64,000 nucleotides of DNA, from contig BFEA01000012.1 in assembly GCA_003427395.1 (NCBI GenBank), positions 1,035,059-1,099,058 of the forward strand, written 5' to 3'. The notes under the pieces are model-generated. The model did no database searches and was not told the DNA's origin. It saw nothing but the letters and a program-made list of their open reading frames with translations. Below are positions 37,881-51,244 of the stretch, one piece after another; within the stretch, counting starts at the first letter, position 1, and every line of letters starts with the position of its first letter. The position numbers and the translations under genes are program-made. Source of the stretch: Chara braunii (taxonomy: Eukaryota; Plantae; Charophyceae).

Positions 37881-40800
37881 TTAAAACTTTTGGCATCCTT
37901 TGGTTTCACTGATCAGGGACTTTTTCTTCACCAATTGTGAGGGCTTCCCTGTTACAGGCGTGTTTCCCAGGACTGTGGGGGGGGGGGGGAACGGGTGTGG
38001 GAACTCCTCTGCAGGTCTCATAGGGATGCTAAAATCTACTGTCAGCCAATCCTTAAATCTCAGTCGGTAGTCCCTTGGCACCTCCTCTCAATGGTTACCC
38101 TCCCCCCTTCCTCTCCTTCCCAATCCCTTGTCCAGCATACTTCCGCTACCCATCCCTCCCGGTCTCCGCCCAACCATTCCCTCGAAAACTGTAGTAGCCG
38201 TCCCCGGATGTCGTTGGATCTATGGAGATTGTCTGGTGTTTGCCTAGTTGTCTTCCATCTGAGCGAGAGCTCCAGTTGGAAGTGCAGTTTGAACTGTTCC
38301 ACCCTCTCTTCTCCCTCTACCCGAACTTGGTCTAGAGTTAGGACGCAGCGTTGCCACCACATGACCCACAGGATCGTTCATCGCGACAGGTGGAACATGT
38401 TCGACACAAAGGTGTCGTCTTGGAAAGGTGGGTGGTGGCCCGTTAGGATGGCATGCCAATCCCAGGGCCATGGATGCCCCGGGACCATTTGTTGCCACAC
38501 CCTATCCCACCACCTCCACAGAATGGTTGTTGGACATTGTAGAAATATATGCTCAATTGTCTCTGCTCTCTTTCTAGTCGGGAAACCCAACAGGCATCGC
38601 GAGCACCAAGGGAGCGCACGACCTTGTTGTTCTAACTGCGAGTGATCCATCAACCAGTTGTTTGTTGGTAGGCACCGATGCAAGACTTGCCACTGCAGAG
38701 ATGTACTTTTTGTCGGGTTACATTTGGTGTCACAGAACCATCGTATTGGTGTGAGAAGGTGTCTCTCGACAATGAGGTGCATCTGCCATCGGTCGATCAC
38801 CGTGTCTTTTAGGCAGCACTTAGTTCTGAGCATACGATACGTTGCCTTTACCGAAAGCCTTGACAATGTTTTGAGTTTGGGCTGTCGTGGGCTGCGTCGT
38901 GGTTCAGGGCTCCGGACCCATTCCAACGGATCTATGGGGAGGACTTATATGGCTATCTCAGGAAAAAAGGCCCGGCGGTTCTCTCCATCCTCTAATACCC
39001 GGATTCTATATAGCCCGTCCTTCTGAATCCATTGGAAGGGGTCCCGGCTTCGTACCAGTCTTCCATTTTCTTTTATGCTGTACCATTCAATCAGCACATC
39101 CGCCCGTCGAATTAGGTGAACAAGGCCTACCGTGTTGACACTCCCTTCCCTGGCTACCCAGTCCCCCTCCTTCAATACCCTACCTCTGCGAAGAATGGGC
39201 CACCACCCTACCAGGAGGGCCTTCGTTATTTCTTTCAGTGCTGATTCAACATTATGGCAGTATCGCAGTTCCTCTCTAATCTTCTCCGGACTCTTCCAAT
39301 CCTTCCTCTCCCTGCCCCAGAGGTCGCCCACTCTAGTCACGCCATTCTTCACCCATCCTTTCCATGGGGCGTCTGTGCTGCAAAAAATATGGCTCTGTTC
39401 GTTGGTAATCCAGCAGTTTCCGAAGAGGGGTTGTCTTGCCACCTCCTCCCACCTGTCTGCAGGTGGGCGATCGGGGGGGGGGGGAGTCTCCTCTAGATTT
39501 TTAGCAAGTGGGGCCTGAAATCGTCTCTCTGTCCTTCCCCTCCCCAGGAGCGCCATGGTACTCTCCAATAACGATCGTCTAACCATTGGAGAGGATGGAC
39601 GGTCGGAGGGGCCTCGGGGGCAAGGCGGGCAATTTGTTTTAGTGCTAACGGCCTCCATACTAATGGGTTCTCGAAAATCAGACGTATCACCCATTGTAAA
39701 CTGAGTGTTTGGGATTGGCTGAGGGGGTCTAGAATACTGAGGCCTCTCTTTGCCTTGGGTTGGATAACTGAGTCCCACACAACTCGACTTATAGCGTGGG
39801 GATTTTCATTGTCCCCTCTCCATAGATAAGTTGCTACCTTCCTCTTCAGGGTCCTCAGGGCCTCTGGGCTCAGTGGCCAAAAAACTGATTTATACCAAAG
39901 GGTGGCTAGAACTACATTGTTGATCACCAGAGCACGTCCGAAAAGTGATGTGTGTTGATGGTTCCATTGAGAGAGTTTGGCAAAAGTCGGGGTTGATATC
40001 CATCCGTCGTTCTCATGAGATTTACCTAGCACTGTCATCCTGACCCCCAGGATCCGGATGGGAGATTCTGAGGCCACCCAAGTGATGTGGTGCCCTTCCG
40101 GGGGGGGGTCCCCTTGGCGGTGGAGCCACCATCCTATTGTTTTTTTTCCCCAGTTTACGGCCATATCAGAGAGGGAACAAAAAAGGTCCATTAGTCTGTA
40201 TATCACCTCCATATTCTGTTGTGTAGCGTCAGCCATAATTGTGAGGTCGTCTGCGAACAGCGAATAGACTGGAACTGCTTCCTTAGGGATGTCGGTTATC
40301 TGAATTCTCTTTAAGTTTTTGCTCTGACGGAGGTTGGCTGCTAACGCTTCCATTATGATGATGAACAAGAAGGGGGCAATGGGTTCCCCTTATCTAACCG
40401 AGCGTTGCAGTCTTATCTCTGGGGCCATAGACCCATTCATATGAACGCTCGTGGTGGCGTTCTGCTGCAAGATACGCACCCACCGTCGAAAATTGTTGCC
40501 AAAATTCAGTCTATCCGGTCACATGTCTAGGAATATTCAGTCTACATGGTCATAGGTTTTTTCGAAGTCAATGAAGATGAAAGCGGTATTACTTTTGGAC
40601 TGATGTGCCAAGCTAATCATCTCATTAACTAGAAGTATGTTTTCTTGGATGTTCCGGTTACGCATGAAACCAGTCTGGGTNGGGTGGGTGATGTCTTCCA
40701 TTACCTCAATCATTGATGTGCCAAGCTAATCATCTCATTAACTAGAAGTATGTTTTCTTGGATGTTCCGGTTACGCATGAAACCAGTCTGGGCTGGGTGG

Positions 40801-42515
40801 GTGATGTCTTCCATTACCTCAATCATTCGGTTGGCCAGAGTTTTTGACAGCATCTTGTACACCACCTTCAGGAGTATGGTGGGTCGGTAGTATCTGATGT
40901 TCATTTTGTCTCTTTTTTTGTGAAGAAGCGATATCACCCCTTGACCTACTAATTCCCCCAACTCTCCAGAATCCCAAACTGCCCTATAGAACCACATGAG
41001 GTCTTCACTCAGGAGGGGCCACATGGCCTCCCAAAATTCCTTGGGGAAGCCGTCTAGGCCTGGGTTTTTTTTTTCCTCCATTAACATGAGTGTCGTCTAG
41101 ATTTCCTCTTTGGAGATCCGACGGTCCAAATGGTCTTTCTGTGTCGGGGAGAGGCGGCTCTCCATTGGGCGTAGGAATTCCTCCAGTTCTCTTAATCGGT
41201 CTGTCTCCTACTGTTGAGGAATGTGGGAGGAAAGGAGGTATTTGTAAAAGGATCTAGCGATCCTTACACAATGAGTTATGGTGGTGGCTAAGTCGTCGGT
41301 TACGGGGTCCAAAAGGGCCTCGATAGTGGTGCGGTGTTGTCTCAGAGAAGCCGGACTAAAGAAATGAGAGTCCATAGTACCTTCAGTAGTCCATTTCGCT
41401 AATTTGCCTCGTATTCTAATTCCTTGCCATCTGTGTTGTGCTAGTTGAAGAAGTTGGTCCTGCAAACTTTGAATGTCCGGGATGTGCTCATCAGAGTTGT
41501 CCTTATTAACCAGGTTGTAAAGTCTTTTGTGAACATCCATTTCGTGTGCTTGTCGTCTGCTTGCCAACAATTTCGAGTAATCTTTACATTTCCTGGCTAG
41601 GAAGAAGAGTCTGTTGGTGAACCATCTCACTTCCGAGTCAAAAGAGTGTTTCTGGTCTCTCCAAAAGTACCAGACATTGTGATCGTATGTGTAGAACGAT
41701 TTGTCTTTAAGTAGGGAGGTACTGAGCTTGTAGTATCCGGGCCCTTGATCCGATCGTTTGCGGAAGGAGAAAATGGCTCCTCATGAGCAGTGGTCCAGGC
41801 CAGGGTGGGGGCTCTGTGGAAGGATGGTAGAAAGTTGCAAGACATTCTGAATCTCCTGCGGGAGTAAGATCAAGTCTATTCGTGATTTTGAGTGTCTTGA
41901 CTGGTCATTGGAGCGATGACATGTATAGGTCTTTGTTGTCGGGTGCAAGAATTTGAAAACATCCACCAGGCTTAGGGGTTCGCAAAGATCTGCCATTGCT
42001 CTTTCGTCTTTTTCTACATAGCTTGGACAGGGGTCCCGAGAGCCTCATCTATCCATCCCTCTGTCCGGCGCAACGTTAAAATCGCCAGCGATAACCAGTG
42101 GGACTCCTTGTGGTGCGAGGGTCTAAAGGTGGGTGAAAAAGGACGCCCTTTCTGTTGTTGTGTTGGGGGCGTAAATGCACAAGATGCTGATTAGTTCTAT
42201 CTCCAACATTCTGAGAATTGACACCCACCTCCCCTGTTCCTCGTCTGCTACCCAATTAACCACCTCTAATCGAGACCCAGGTGGGATCCAGATGGCTACC
42301 CCTCCCGAACCCAGTGTCTTCGCATGCACCCTATAGGCCTGATGGGGCCAAACTGTTTTATGGGCCCGATGGTGTTCTAGTTTATCCATTAGGTGAGTTT
42401 CCTGAAGGAAGATGACATCGGATGTCTTGCCCCCCACTCCTTTCAGCTGGTCCATTATCGCTTGCCTTTTTTAGGGGTTGAAGAAGGTCAGTCCATTCAC
42501 ATTGAGGGTCCTTAG
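37881..42515 (-). pseudogene. LINE ORF2 (APE endonuclease, RT, C-terminal CCHC)
   Basis: RTLNVNG, IFLQETHL, IYAPN, SRIDLI, PGLDGFPKEFW, YKMLSKTLANR, SLFADD, SLFGRALVINN, CSRC..ETIEHIFLQC. Confidence 0.93.
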
Positions 42516-45500
42516 GTCGAGGTCTGCATTTCGGAGGCAGTGCTTCCATTGCGGGTTCTTGCAATACAAAGTGTCAATTTCGTCCATCTGTGAAGTTTTG
42601 TCTCTTCCTTCTCCCTATCTAGACTCTTGTCCATGACTTGGCGGACCAGTCTGTTATACACAGCAACCCGTTCCGGAGAACCCTTGATAAGCAAATGAAA
42701 AGGTCCTCCTCCGACCAAAAGGGGTTGGCCTTCACTTGCTGGAGAGGAGCTCCATCAAGGCTCCATGACAGAACCATTTTAAATTGGAATCTTCCTTAAA
42801 GAGAACATACAGGTCCGTGGTAGCGACCCTCATCAAGCCGTCAAATTGGGGGAGGGTTGCTAGGACTCCGGTTGGGTAACCCCCTTGCACCGGGGAGAGC
42901 CCGATCTTCATCCTATCCCCCGTGTAGGTCAGGGGTATGACTGCCACCCCCTCTCTCTATATTAGGTTTTTTTCGTACTGACCTACTTCTACCATGTGCC
43001 TGAGTTTTTTGTGGCGAGGATGGCCAGGGTGGTGAACGGCCTGAACCATTGATCGGTTCTCCCCACGTTCTTCCTGAGGTGGATGTTGTTGCTCTGAGGG
43101 GTGGAATTGCTGGGCTGCAAGATGGCGGATCCGCCGGAAAATTTCGAACCAAGTAATGTGTGGCGGGGGGCCATCCTCCAAGGCGTTGCACAGGGCCGGG
43201 CTCTTATCTAATAAGGTAAAAAGTTGGGCATAGGAGCAGTCCCAGAAGTCTTGTGCAGCGCCTGGGTGTTGGGCCCGAAGGCCTTCTATCAGCCAGTCAG
43301 CAATGATTCTGAGTTTTTGTTTCGTGTCCATCTTGGTCGGAGGGGCATCCGTGTCATCCTGATGGTCAATATCCATCGCAGTTACACCCGGGGGGGGGGG
43401 GGGGGGGGGGGGGAGGGGGACTGAAGGCTCCTCGATCTCCATTGGTTGCGGGCCAAAAGCCCCTTCGAGGTAGTCTTTTGTGGTGATTTCTACTTCTTGG
43501 ATGGGTGTTTGCTGTTCCTTTTTGCCTCTAGATCCCTTCTCCCTTCCTGCTAGTTGTACAGCCTTCTCCTTCGCCCCTTGCAGGTCCGTATTCTGCTGAT
43601 GCTGGTCCGCATTCTGCTGGTTGCCTTCGCACGGCTGCTCGCTGGTGAGCTTGGCTGGCTGGTGGTTTTATGCATTTTGTGTTCCCTTTGTCGGTGCTTG
43701 GAAGTGTGCTGCAGAGATTTTGAATACTCTCTGGAGTATCTCAGCCCATTGTATATGGTCAGGCGTACCCTGTTCCAGTATGTGCTTCACCATCGCGCTG
43801 CTCTCGAGGGCTCCCCTTAACTGTGTGTGGGCCTGGGGCCAGAAGTCTGTTGGGGCCTCTGTATGCAGAGATTGCAGACCTGTCATGATCCAATCTGCAA
43901 TCTTGAGTGTCGAAGGGTTGGGGATCTGAATGAGTTCAAGGTTCATCAGATTGTCCCTCCCCTCCACACCCCGTTCCAGCACGTCAGCATAGGGGTCCCT
44001 CGTTTCCATACTAGACTGTTTATGGTTGGAAGGTTGCATGTTGTTTTCCTTTCCGTTATGTTGGGACTATTGGGTCAGTTGTCTGTCCCGGGACTGTACT
44101 CCCCAAGTTACTACCTCTCCTCCATTTGGCTCTCCTGATTTTGTCGACATCACTACCTCTCCTTCGTCTAGCCCTTCTGATTTTGTAGCCAACAGGGTGA
44201 ATCTGTTTCTTTCCGCTTCCGCCTCCTTGGTCTTTTCGGTGGCCCGGGGTAGTGGACCACCTCGTTTTCCTTTTTGCGAGGTTTTTGGGTGCAGCCGGCT
44301 CCCCTGTTCCTTCAGGTAATCTTCCGGGGCCAGGCCTAATTTCCTCCCCCCTTGCTTGTCCTGTTCCGCCTTTCCTCCCGTTCCCTGTGGAACGGGGGTG
44401 GCCCCTTGCGGCTGTAGGTGAGATTCTACCGTCCTTGGGGTTGTCCAGGTACGTGGGGATTTGGAGTCCACATTGGTTTCCCATGCTCTATCCCATACCC
44501 AACCGATGATTTCCCCTCCCTTGTCGGCCTTGTCAACGTAGACCCAACCTTCGTGCCCCGAATCAACGGTGCGCCAATGTGTGCTCCTAAAGGGATCTTG
44601 TATTAGGCGCCCTGTGGCCCTAACCTGATTGAAAGAGTGGTGGGAGCACGTTGGATCGGTGTATAGGTATCCATAGGCTTGACACTTGAAACACCAATGA
44701 CGTAGCTTGTGGGCCGTATGTATCTTGTAGTCCTTATCCCCGACACGAAAGGGGATGATGTCGTCCACCGAGAAGGGGTGCCCCTCAGGAAGGTCTATTG
44801 CCAGCATAAGGTAGTCGTCCCTTCTAGCAACGTGGAGGGGGAGCGGGTCGATGAAATCAATGATGTCATACTTTTCTCCAAAATCCTGAACAAAAGCCGT
44901 CTGGATTTCGATAGGAATGTGCCAAAATTCTACCCAAAAATTTTCCCTCATCATTTCCTCCCTTCTCTCTTCTGGGCGTTGCTGTTTCGGGGGGGGGGCA
45001 TGGGTAGATTTGCACTTCATACCTCTCACAGCGGATTGATCTCCAACTGTCCATCGTCTGTTTATCCACTTCATATTTGCAAATGACAGTGACCGTGGAT
45101 GTCAAAATAGGTTGGAGTAGAAACAGGTTATGCGCTTCTTCCATGTTTCCTTTAAGGGAGGCAAGCCTTTTCCGTATCCATCCGACTTTGTCATTTGTAG
45201 ATTTGAATGCGGCATCATCGTGAAATACCCAGTTGCTAGTGTGCTTTATGTACAAATCATTCCTGTCGCTGACCTTGTCTGCCAGTAGGGATTTAACCAA
45301 CGAGGATTTCCCTTTCAGGTTGATTATCTTGGGCTCGGATGGGGTCAAGAGTTTGGCCAGGAAGAAAGCACCGGCAGATGATAGACTGCCTAGGGGGATC
45401 TTTCACTCCCGCCCTTCCCCTTCCTCTGTTTTTCTTTGCACTGCAATTGTTTGACCAACGTGCGGTCTGCGTAGGCGAGCAGCCCATGAGGGGGAGGGGG

Positions 45501-45684
45501 GGGGGGGGGACGGGGGGGGGGGGTTTGGGGGTGGAGGGTTCGGTGTCTTCAGGTACCTTTGTATGCTGGGCGACCGGGATGACCAGCCCTCCGTTAACTT
45601 CTCCAGTCGTCCTCTGTTTTCCTCCAGCCAGTCTTTTGTCAGCATGTTGTCGCATGGCCCCCCGATACAACAGGGTGAAATCAA
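42512..45684 (-). pseudogene. LINE ORF1 (zinc knuckle, long C-terminal extension), broken
   Basis: Consecutive minus ORFs upstream of ORF2, with FWVEFWHIP and WCFKCQAYGYLYTDPTC (degenerate CCHC knuckle) and Pro-rich linkers. Confidence 0.7.
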
Positions 45685-47289
45685 GCCTTTTTTGAGCCCT
45701 TTGATACTTGTACCCTATTTTTTGGACTTTTGCTAGTTGTCATGGTGTTGTGATTCTGGCCTTACTTCCTCTGTCTTCCCCAATTGTATGTGGTGCTTTT
45801 GGGCACAGGCTCAGGATGGACTGTTGACCTTGACAGGTCTGTGACACTCGTCTGCCTATTCCTGGTGATTAATTACTTTTTGATATTCCTATCCTTATTA
45901 TCTTTCTTCCTACAAATCCCTCCTCTTGCTATGGACTCTCGTCTTCTTTTGCTTGTGCCCCTCCGATCTTTTACATTTCTTTTCCTCCCTCTATGCGGTC
46001 ACCAGGAACCTAAAAAAAAAAAAAAAAAACCTTGGTGACACGTGGGTAGTTGAGAGAGAAAAAGGGATGGGTATGGTATGGGAACTCACTCCCTATTAAC
46101 CACTTGCCGAGATCACTTTAACTCCTCCATCGGGGAAGAGAGTTCTACCCCGGGGCCCCTTGAGGAGTTATGTAGCACCTCGGCACGTCTCTTCTCCTTC
46201 CTTTGCGTCGCTATGTTTTGTTCCCACCTTCGGAGTTCTGGCTGCAGTATCTCTAATCTTCGCTTGGTATTCTTTTACCCTTCTCTAACTTGCTTTTTCG
46301 AAGCTTTCTACGATGTGTCTGGCACCCAGGTCCTCGTGTTGCCCCTTCTGCCCTGTCACCCGTTCTTTCCCTGACCCTTGATCCAAATATCGTCCTCTTC
46401 TCTCTCTCAGTGCCTCCTCCTCACCCCGCTCTGTTACAGAATCCCCGTTCTTGCTTCCACTCGCCTTACCCTGTGTTCGTCCAAGCCGTCCTCCACCTAT
46501 CTTCACTTGGTACCTGACTTTCTCCGTCTCCTGACCCTTCTCCGACCTTTCCCTGAGCTTTCTACGGTGTATCCTGCACCCAGGTCTTCATGTCGCCCTT
46601 CTGCCAAGTCACGCGTTGTTTCCCTGACCTTTGGTCTTGATGCCGTCTTCTCTTCTCTCTCACTGTCTCCTCCTCGCCACGCTCTTCCCTCAAATGTAAG
46701 AGAATCCCCGCCTTCGTAGACTAATCCCCGGTACGCACGTACGCCCGATCGCAGATCGCTCCCTGTCGCCAATGCGAACAAGCGATCCGCGACCACACGT
46801 CAGCGATCGCAAGAACTGCTAACAGTCGATCTTGCGAGTGGAAACCTCTGCTTGGGGTGGCTCGATCGCGCACCAATCGTTACCTCGCCAATCCCTCCTC
46901 CTCCCCCACCTCAGACTCTTTTTCACTTCCAACACTTCTTCTTCTTCTTCTTCTTATCCTAGAAAAGGTTTGCTAAGGTGGTGGGTGGTCCCAGGAGATA
47001 TTTGATCTCGTAGGTTTACCCCCACCAGAGGGTGTACATTAGCTAGGTCTTCTACTTCCAACCCTTTTTTGACTTGTCGAGCTCCTTAGGAATTAGTTCA
47101 GGCCCTCCCTTACCCGCCTCAGGCCTCGTCTCATCCGGCTATAAGCAAGTTTCCTGATTTTCTTGTGGTTTTCGTGCATATGCCCATGACGGTGGACTTC
47201 TCTAAATTCACAAGGTGGAAATAGGCTCCAAATTTTCCGGGTCATGGCATGGCAGGTTTTTTATTTTCTAACCGTTTGGATGCTGACAC

Positions 47290-47385
47290 TTTTTTTTTTG
47301 TTTTTTTTAAAGTGCTCCATCTATTGGTGGGGATCATCACCTGTTGGAAACCGGGTCCAGCGTCCCTTCAATATATCGTTTTTTT

Positions 47386-47416
<31 letters not shown>

Positions 47417-47485
47417 AAGTGCTCCATTTATTGGTGGGGAGCATCACCTGTTGGAAACCGGGTCCAGCGTCCCTTCAATACATCG
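47290..47485 (-). mobile_element. Two tandem, extremely 5'-truncated non-LTR insertions (3' motif plus poly(A))
   Basis: Poly(T) + AAGTGCTCCATYTATTGGTGGG..CATCACCTGTTGGAAACCGGGTCCAGCGTCCCTTCAATAYATCG, present twice head-to-tail. Confidence 0.75.
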
Positions 47486-47712
47486 TTTTTTTAAACAAAA
47501 TCCAAACTTGGGGCAGTATTGTGAGTGTCTCCCTGCGGACATTGATTACCCTGAGTTTCAATGGATTGATTGAGGAGGGTAGGAGGTGGGCCAGGAAGCA
47601 TGCCATCGCCTTTGAGCCAGAGGGGCACGGGGCCCAAAGTGTTTTGGCTACCCCCTCCCCCCCACCCCCCACCAAGTGATGATACTAACAAGAGTTGAAT
47701 AAGAACTGAATG

Positions 47713-48324
47713 AGAGTTGAGAAGGACTGAGAAGAACTTAGACAAGCTAAGCAAATGTTGAGAAAAACTAAGGTGTGCGAAAATAGGCTAAGAACGCATA
47801 CACTGTTAAGAAATCTTGAGTTTTTTGTGTTCATCTTATGATATTCTGGTGTTTTGATCCACCACACCCAAAAAACTCTCTCTCAACCCATCTGCCATCT
47901 TTCGGGAAGTCGTGGCTAGATGATGTGTATGTACGGCGAGTCGAAAAGTCATGACGACTTGACTGTAGTTTTGCAAGGTTGTGCGTCGAGTGGCCGTGAC
48001 GGATTGCGGGATCTGGGCAAGTCGGTGTAGAAGCTGAGTTGGCGAGGTGACGATCGCTGTGGTGTGGAGGTTGGTATTTGGCGGTCATGATCGCCAGTAG
48101 CGGGGAAAGGAAGGTGTGTGTGTACGAGTGGTTGCATGGCTTGGGGGCATAGTCAAAGAGCGCTTAGATCTTCGGTTCCTCCTCTTCTTATATGGGAAGC
48201 TAAGTTTACGACAGATTGCCGGTTTTTTTTCTCTGATCTATTTGCGTGCTCATAACTCCTTCCTTGTCTTTAACCCCCTTTTTCGGTCAAGCTACGACTT
48301 CATTTGCCTCCTTCAACCTTATCT

Positions 48325-48397
<73 letters not shown>

Positions 48398-48763
48398 NTA
48401 CTCTTTCTCTCTCTCTTTCTCTGTCTCTCTCTCTGTTTCTGTCTCTCTGCTTCCGTCTCTGTCTACGTACGTGTCAGTCGTGTACATGGCTATGTGGTCT
48501 TGCTGACGTGGCAGAAACGAGCCCTGTTGAGGAAGGGCATGATGACGTGCGCCTCCTGATGTCGCTCGGCTGACGCAACCCTGTTGAGGTGGCCCTGCTG
48601 ATGTGGCCGTGATGACGTGGCCCAGCTGAGGTGGCCCTGCTGACGTGGCCCTGCTGACATGGCCCTGCTCACGTGGCCTTGTTGACGTGGCCTCTCTCTC
48701 CTTTTCTCTCCCTCTTCCCTTTGCCTCTCTCTTTCTCTCTTTGTGTTTCTCTATCTGTCTGTA

Positions 48764-48858
<95 letters not shown>

Positions 48859-51168
48859 TGATATTTTCTTCATGAATGTCTGAATGTTCTGATAACTTCC
48901 TCGTCCATACCAGCTCCTGAGGTCCTGTCCTGCTCAACTCGTTGAATTCAATCGGATCTCGTGAGGACGAGTATCGTTGAATTGAAGGAGACCAGCAAGA
49001 TCGGGTGATCTTGTTCCGTCCCTCTCTCAGCTCCTCGGTATCCGATGATTAATGCATGAGTGATCTCTCACACGTGTATCGATTGAGTTGTTACCTCGAT
49101 GATGAGAGCAAAGTAGGAACCTGATGTGATCATTTTTTATTTATTTTTTTAAATATGCCCCCTCAAGTGCTAGTGGTGTTGGTAAGAGCAGCCACCACTA
49201 GGACCAAGGGAGAGGCTCCATCTATTGGTGGGGAGCATCACCTGCTGAAAAATGTCTCAATTGTATGTAGTTGTATCGACCCAGACCAGTTATGTACAAT
49301 TGTATGGTTATATATACAACCCTATGCTTGTACGAATTGAATGATGTATGTTATGTGTGAGTTGTGTTGTTCTACGTACCCAAACCCACAATCATCATCG
49401 CGTAACAGACATCCTCTACCATATGTACTACAACTCCAACCAATGGTTTTAAATGTGTGATATGCTAAATTGTGGAGATCATGAGAACAACGTATGGGCA
49501 ACATCCTCAGGCGACCCCATGCTTAGTCAAGCCCCGACATACAACAATCTTGGACTGAATCCTTTGAGTGCTGCAACAATATTTGCAGTCCTTACCGGAC
49601 ACCAATCCCAAGGGAAATATGTGTAGAGTCGTGCATCGATAAACCCAAGAGACGGTTTAAGACCAAAGCAATGACAGAACATAAGGCATAAATTCAATTT
49701 AAATAGAACCTAAGGAATGACATCAGAGCAGACTGGATTAGAAAAGTGAATTGGTAAGAGTAGTGATCACTTAGGGAGTGGGCCCGTTTCCCAACACGTG
49801 CTGCTCTCCACGAATAGAATGGAGCCTTTTGTGGGGGGGGGGGGGGGGGGGAAGTGGTTCAAAAGACTTAGTCAGAAGAGGAAAAACAGACATTAATTAC
49901 ACAGAAGGGCCGATTGGTTTTTGGCATTTTTTTACGATATGAAAAAAAAACATTTTATGCCTCACCTCCTACTACCCTACAGACGTAATGGGTAGATGGT
50001 CTATACAGCAGGTTGTCATCACCGTCATATGACTAATCAATCAGCAATTACAATGTTCAGGGACGTTGGACCCGTTTTCCAATAGGTGCTGCTCCCCAGC
50101 ATTATGCCATCAACCGCACACCCGGTTGCACACAAAATGGACCAAACAGATTCAACAGGGTTACCATTCTCGGACCACATCATCTAACCAACATACGACG
50201 GTTGGGAATTAGTTTTGGAGCATTCACTTTCGGGACTCAGGACTCGCAGCCGCAGATCTACCTCATCCAAGGCCTACAACGAGCATAGTCAATTCCACTT
50301 TGTAGATCCACGATGAACAAACAACTACTCAACATCTACGGCTCATAGGATTTGGCAGGTCAACTCACCCTGGCTGAAGCACGGCCTCGTCTACTCGTCC
50401 GGTCCCACTGCCCTGTCCAGCGACGGTACAAGTCACAAGTGACTGGACAGGTGATTGTCCAGTCAGAGTTGAGAAGGGCTGAGAATAACTGAGACAAGCT
50501 AAGCAAATGATGAGAAAAACTAAGGTGTGCGAAAATAGGCTAAGAATGCATACACTGTTAAGAAATCTTGAGTTTTTTGTGTTGATCTTATGATATTGTA
50601 ATGTTTTGATCCACAACACCCAAAAAACTCTCTCTCAACCCATCTGCCATCTTTCGGGAAGTCGTGGCTAGATGATGTGTATGTACGGCGAGTCGAAAAG
50701 TCATGACGAGTTGACTGTAGTTTTGCAAGGTTGTGCGTCGAGCGACCGTGACAGACTGCGGGATCTGGGCAAGTCGGTGTAGAAGCTGAGTTGGCGAGGT
50801 GACAATCGCTGTGGTGTGGAGGTTGGTATTTGGCGGTCATGATCGCCAGTAGCGGGGAAAGGAAGGTGTGTGTGTACGAGTGGTTGCATGGCTTGGGGCC
50901 ATAGTCAAAGAGCTCTTAGATCTCCAGTTTCTCCTCTTCTTATGTGGGAAGCTAAGTTTACGACAAATTGCCGGTTTTTGTTCTCAGATCTATTTGCGTG
51001 CTCATAACTCCTTCCTTGTCTTTAACCCCCTTCTTCGGTCAAGCTACAACTTCATTTGCCTCCTTCAACCGTATCTCCTCCTCNNNNNNNNNNNNNNNNN
51101 NNNNNNNNNNNNNNNNNNNNNNNNNNNNNNNNNNNNNNNNNNNNNNNNNNNNNNNNNNNNNNNNNNNN

Positions 51169-51244
<76 letters not shown>

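Larger units (their letters stand above)
36633..46960 (-). mobile_element. Near full-length L1/Tx1-type LINE (5' UTR, ORF1, ORF2, long 3' UTR), decayed
   Basis: ORF1 and ORF2 fragments are in order on the minus strand. The 3' region carries shared terminal motifs (36670-36880) and an A-rich tail (T-rich 36633-36659 on +). Both outer boundaries are approximate. Confidence 0.8.

Noticed and set aside
40601-40826. 113-bp exact tandem duplication inside the LINE RT
   Set aside because: The copies are identical apart from the site around a single N at 40681, typical of a contig-overlap artefact.
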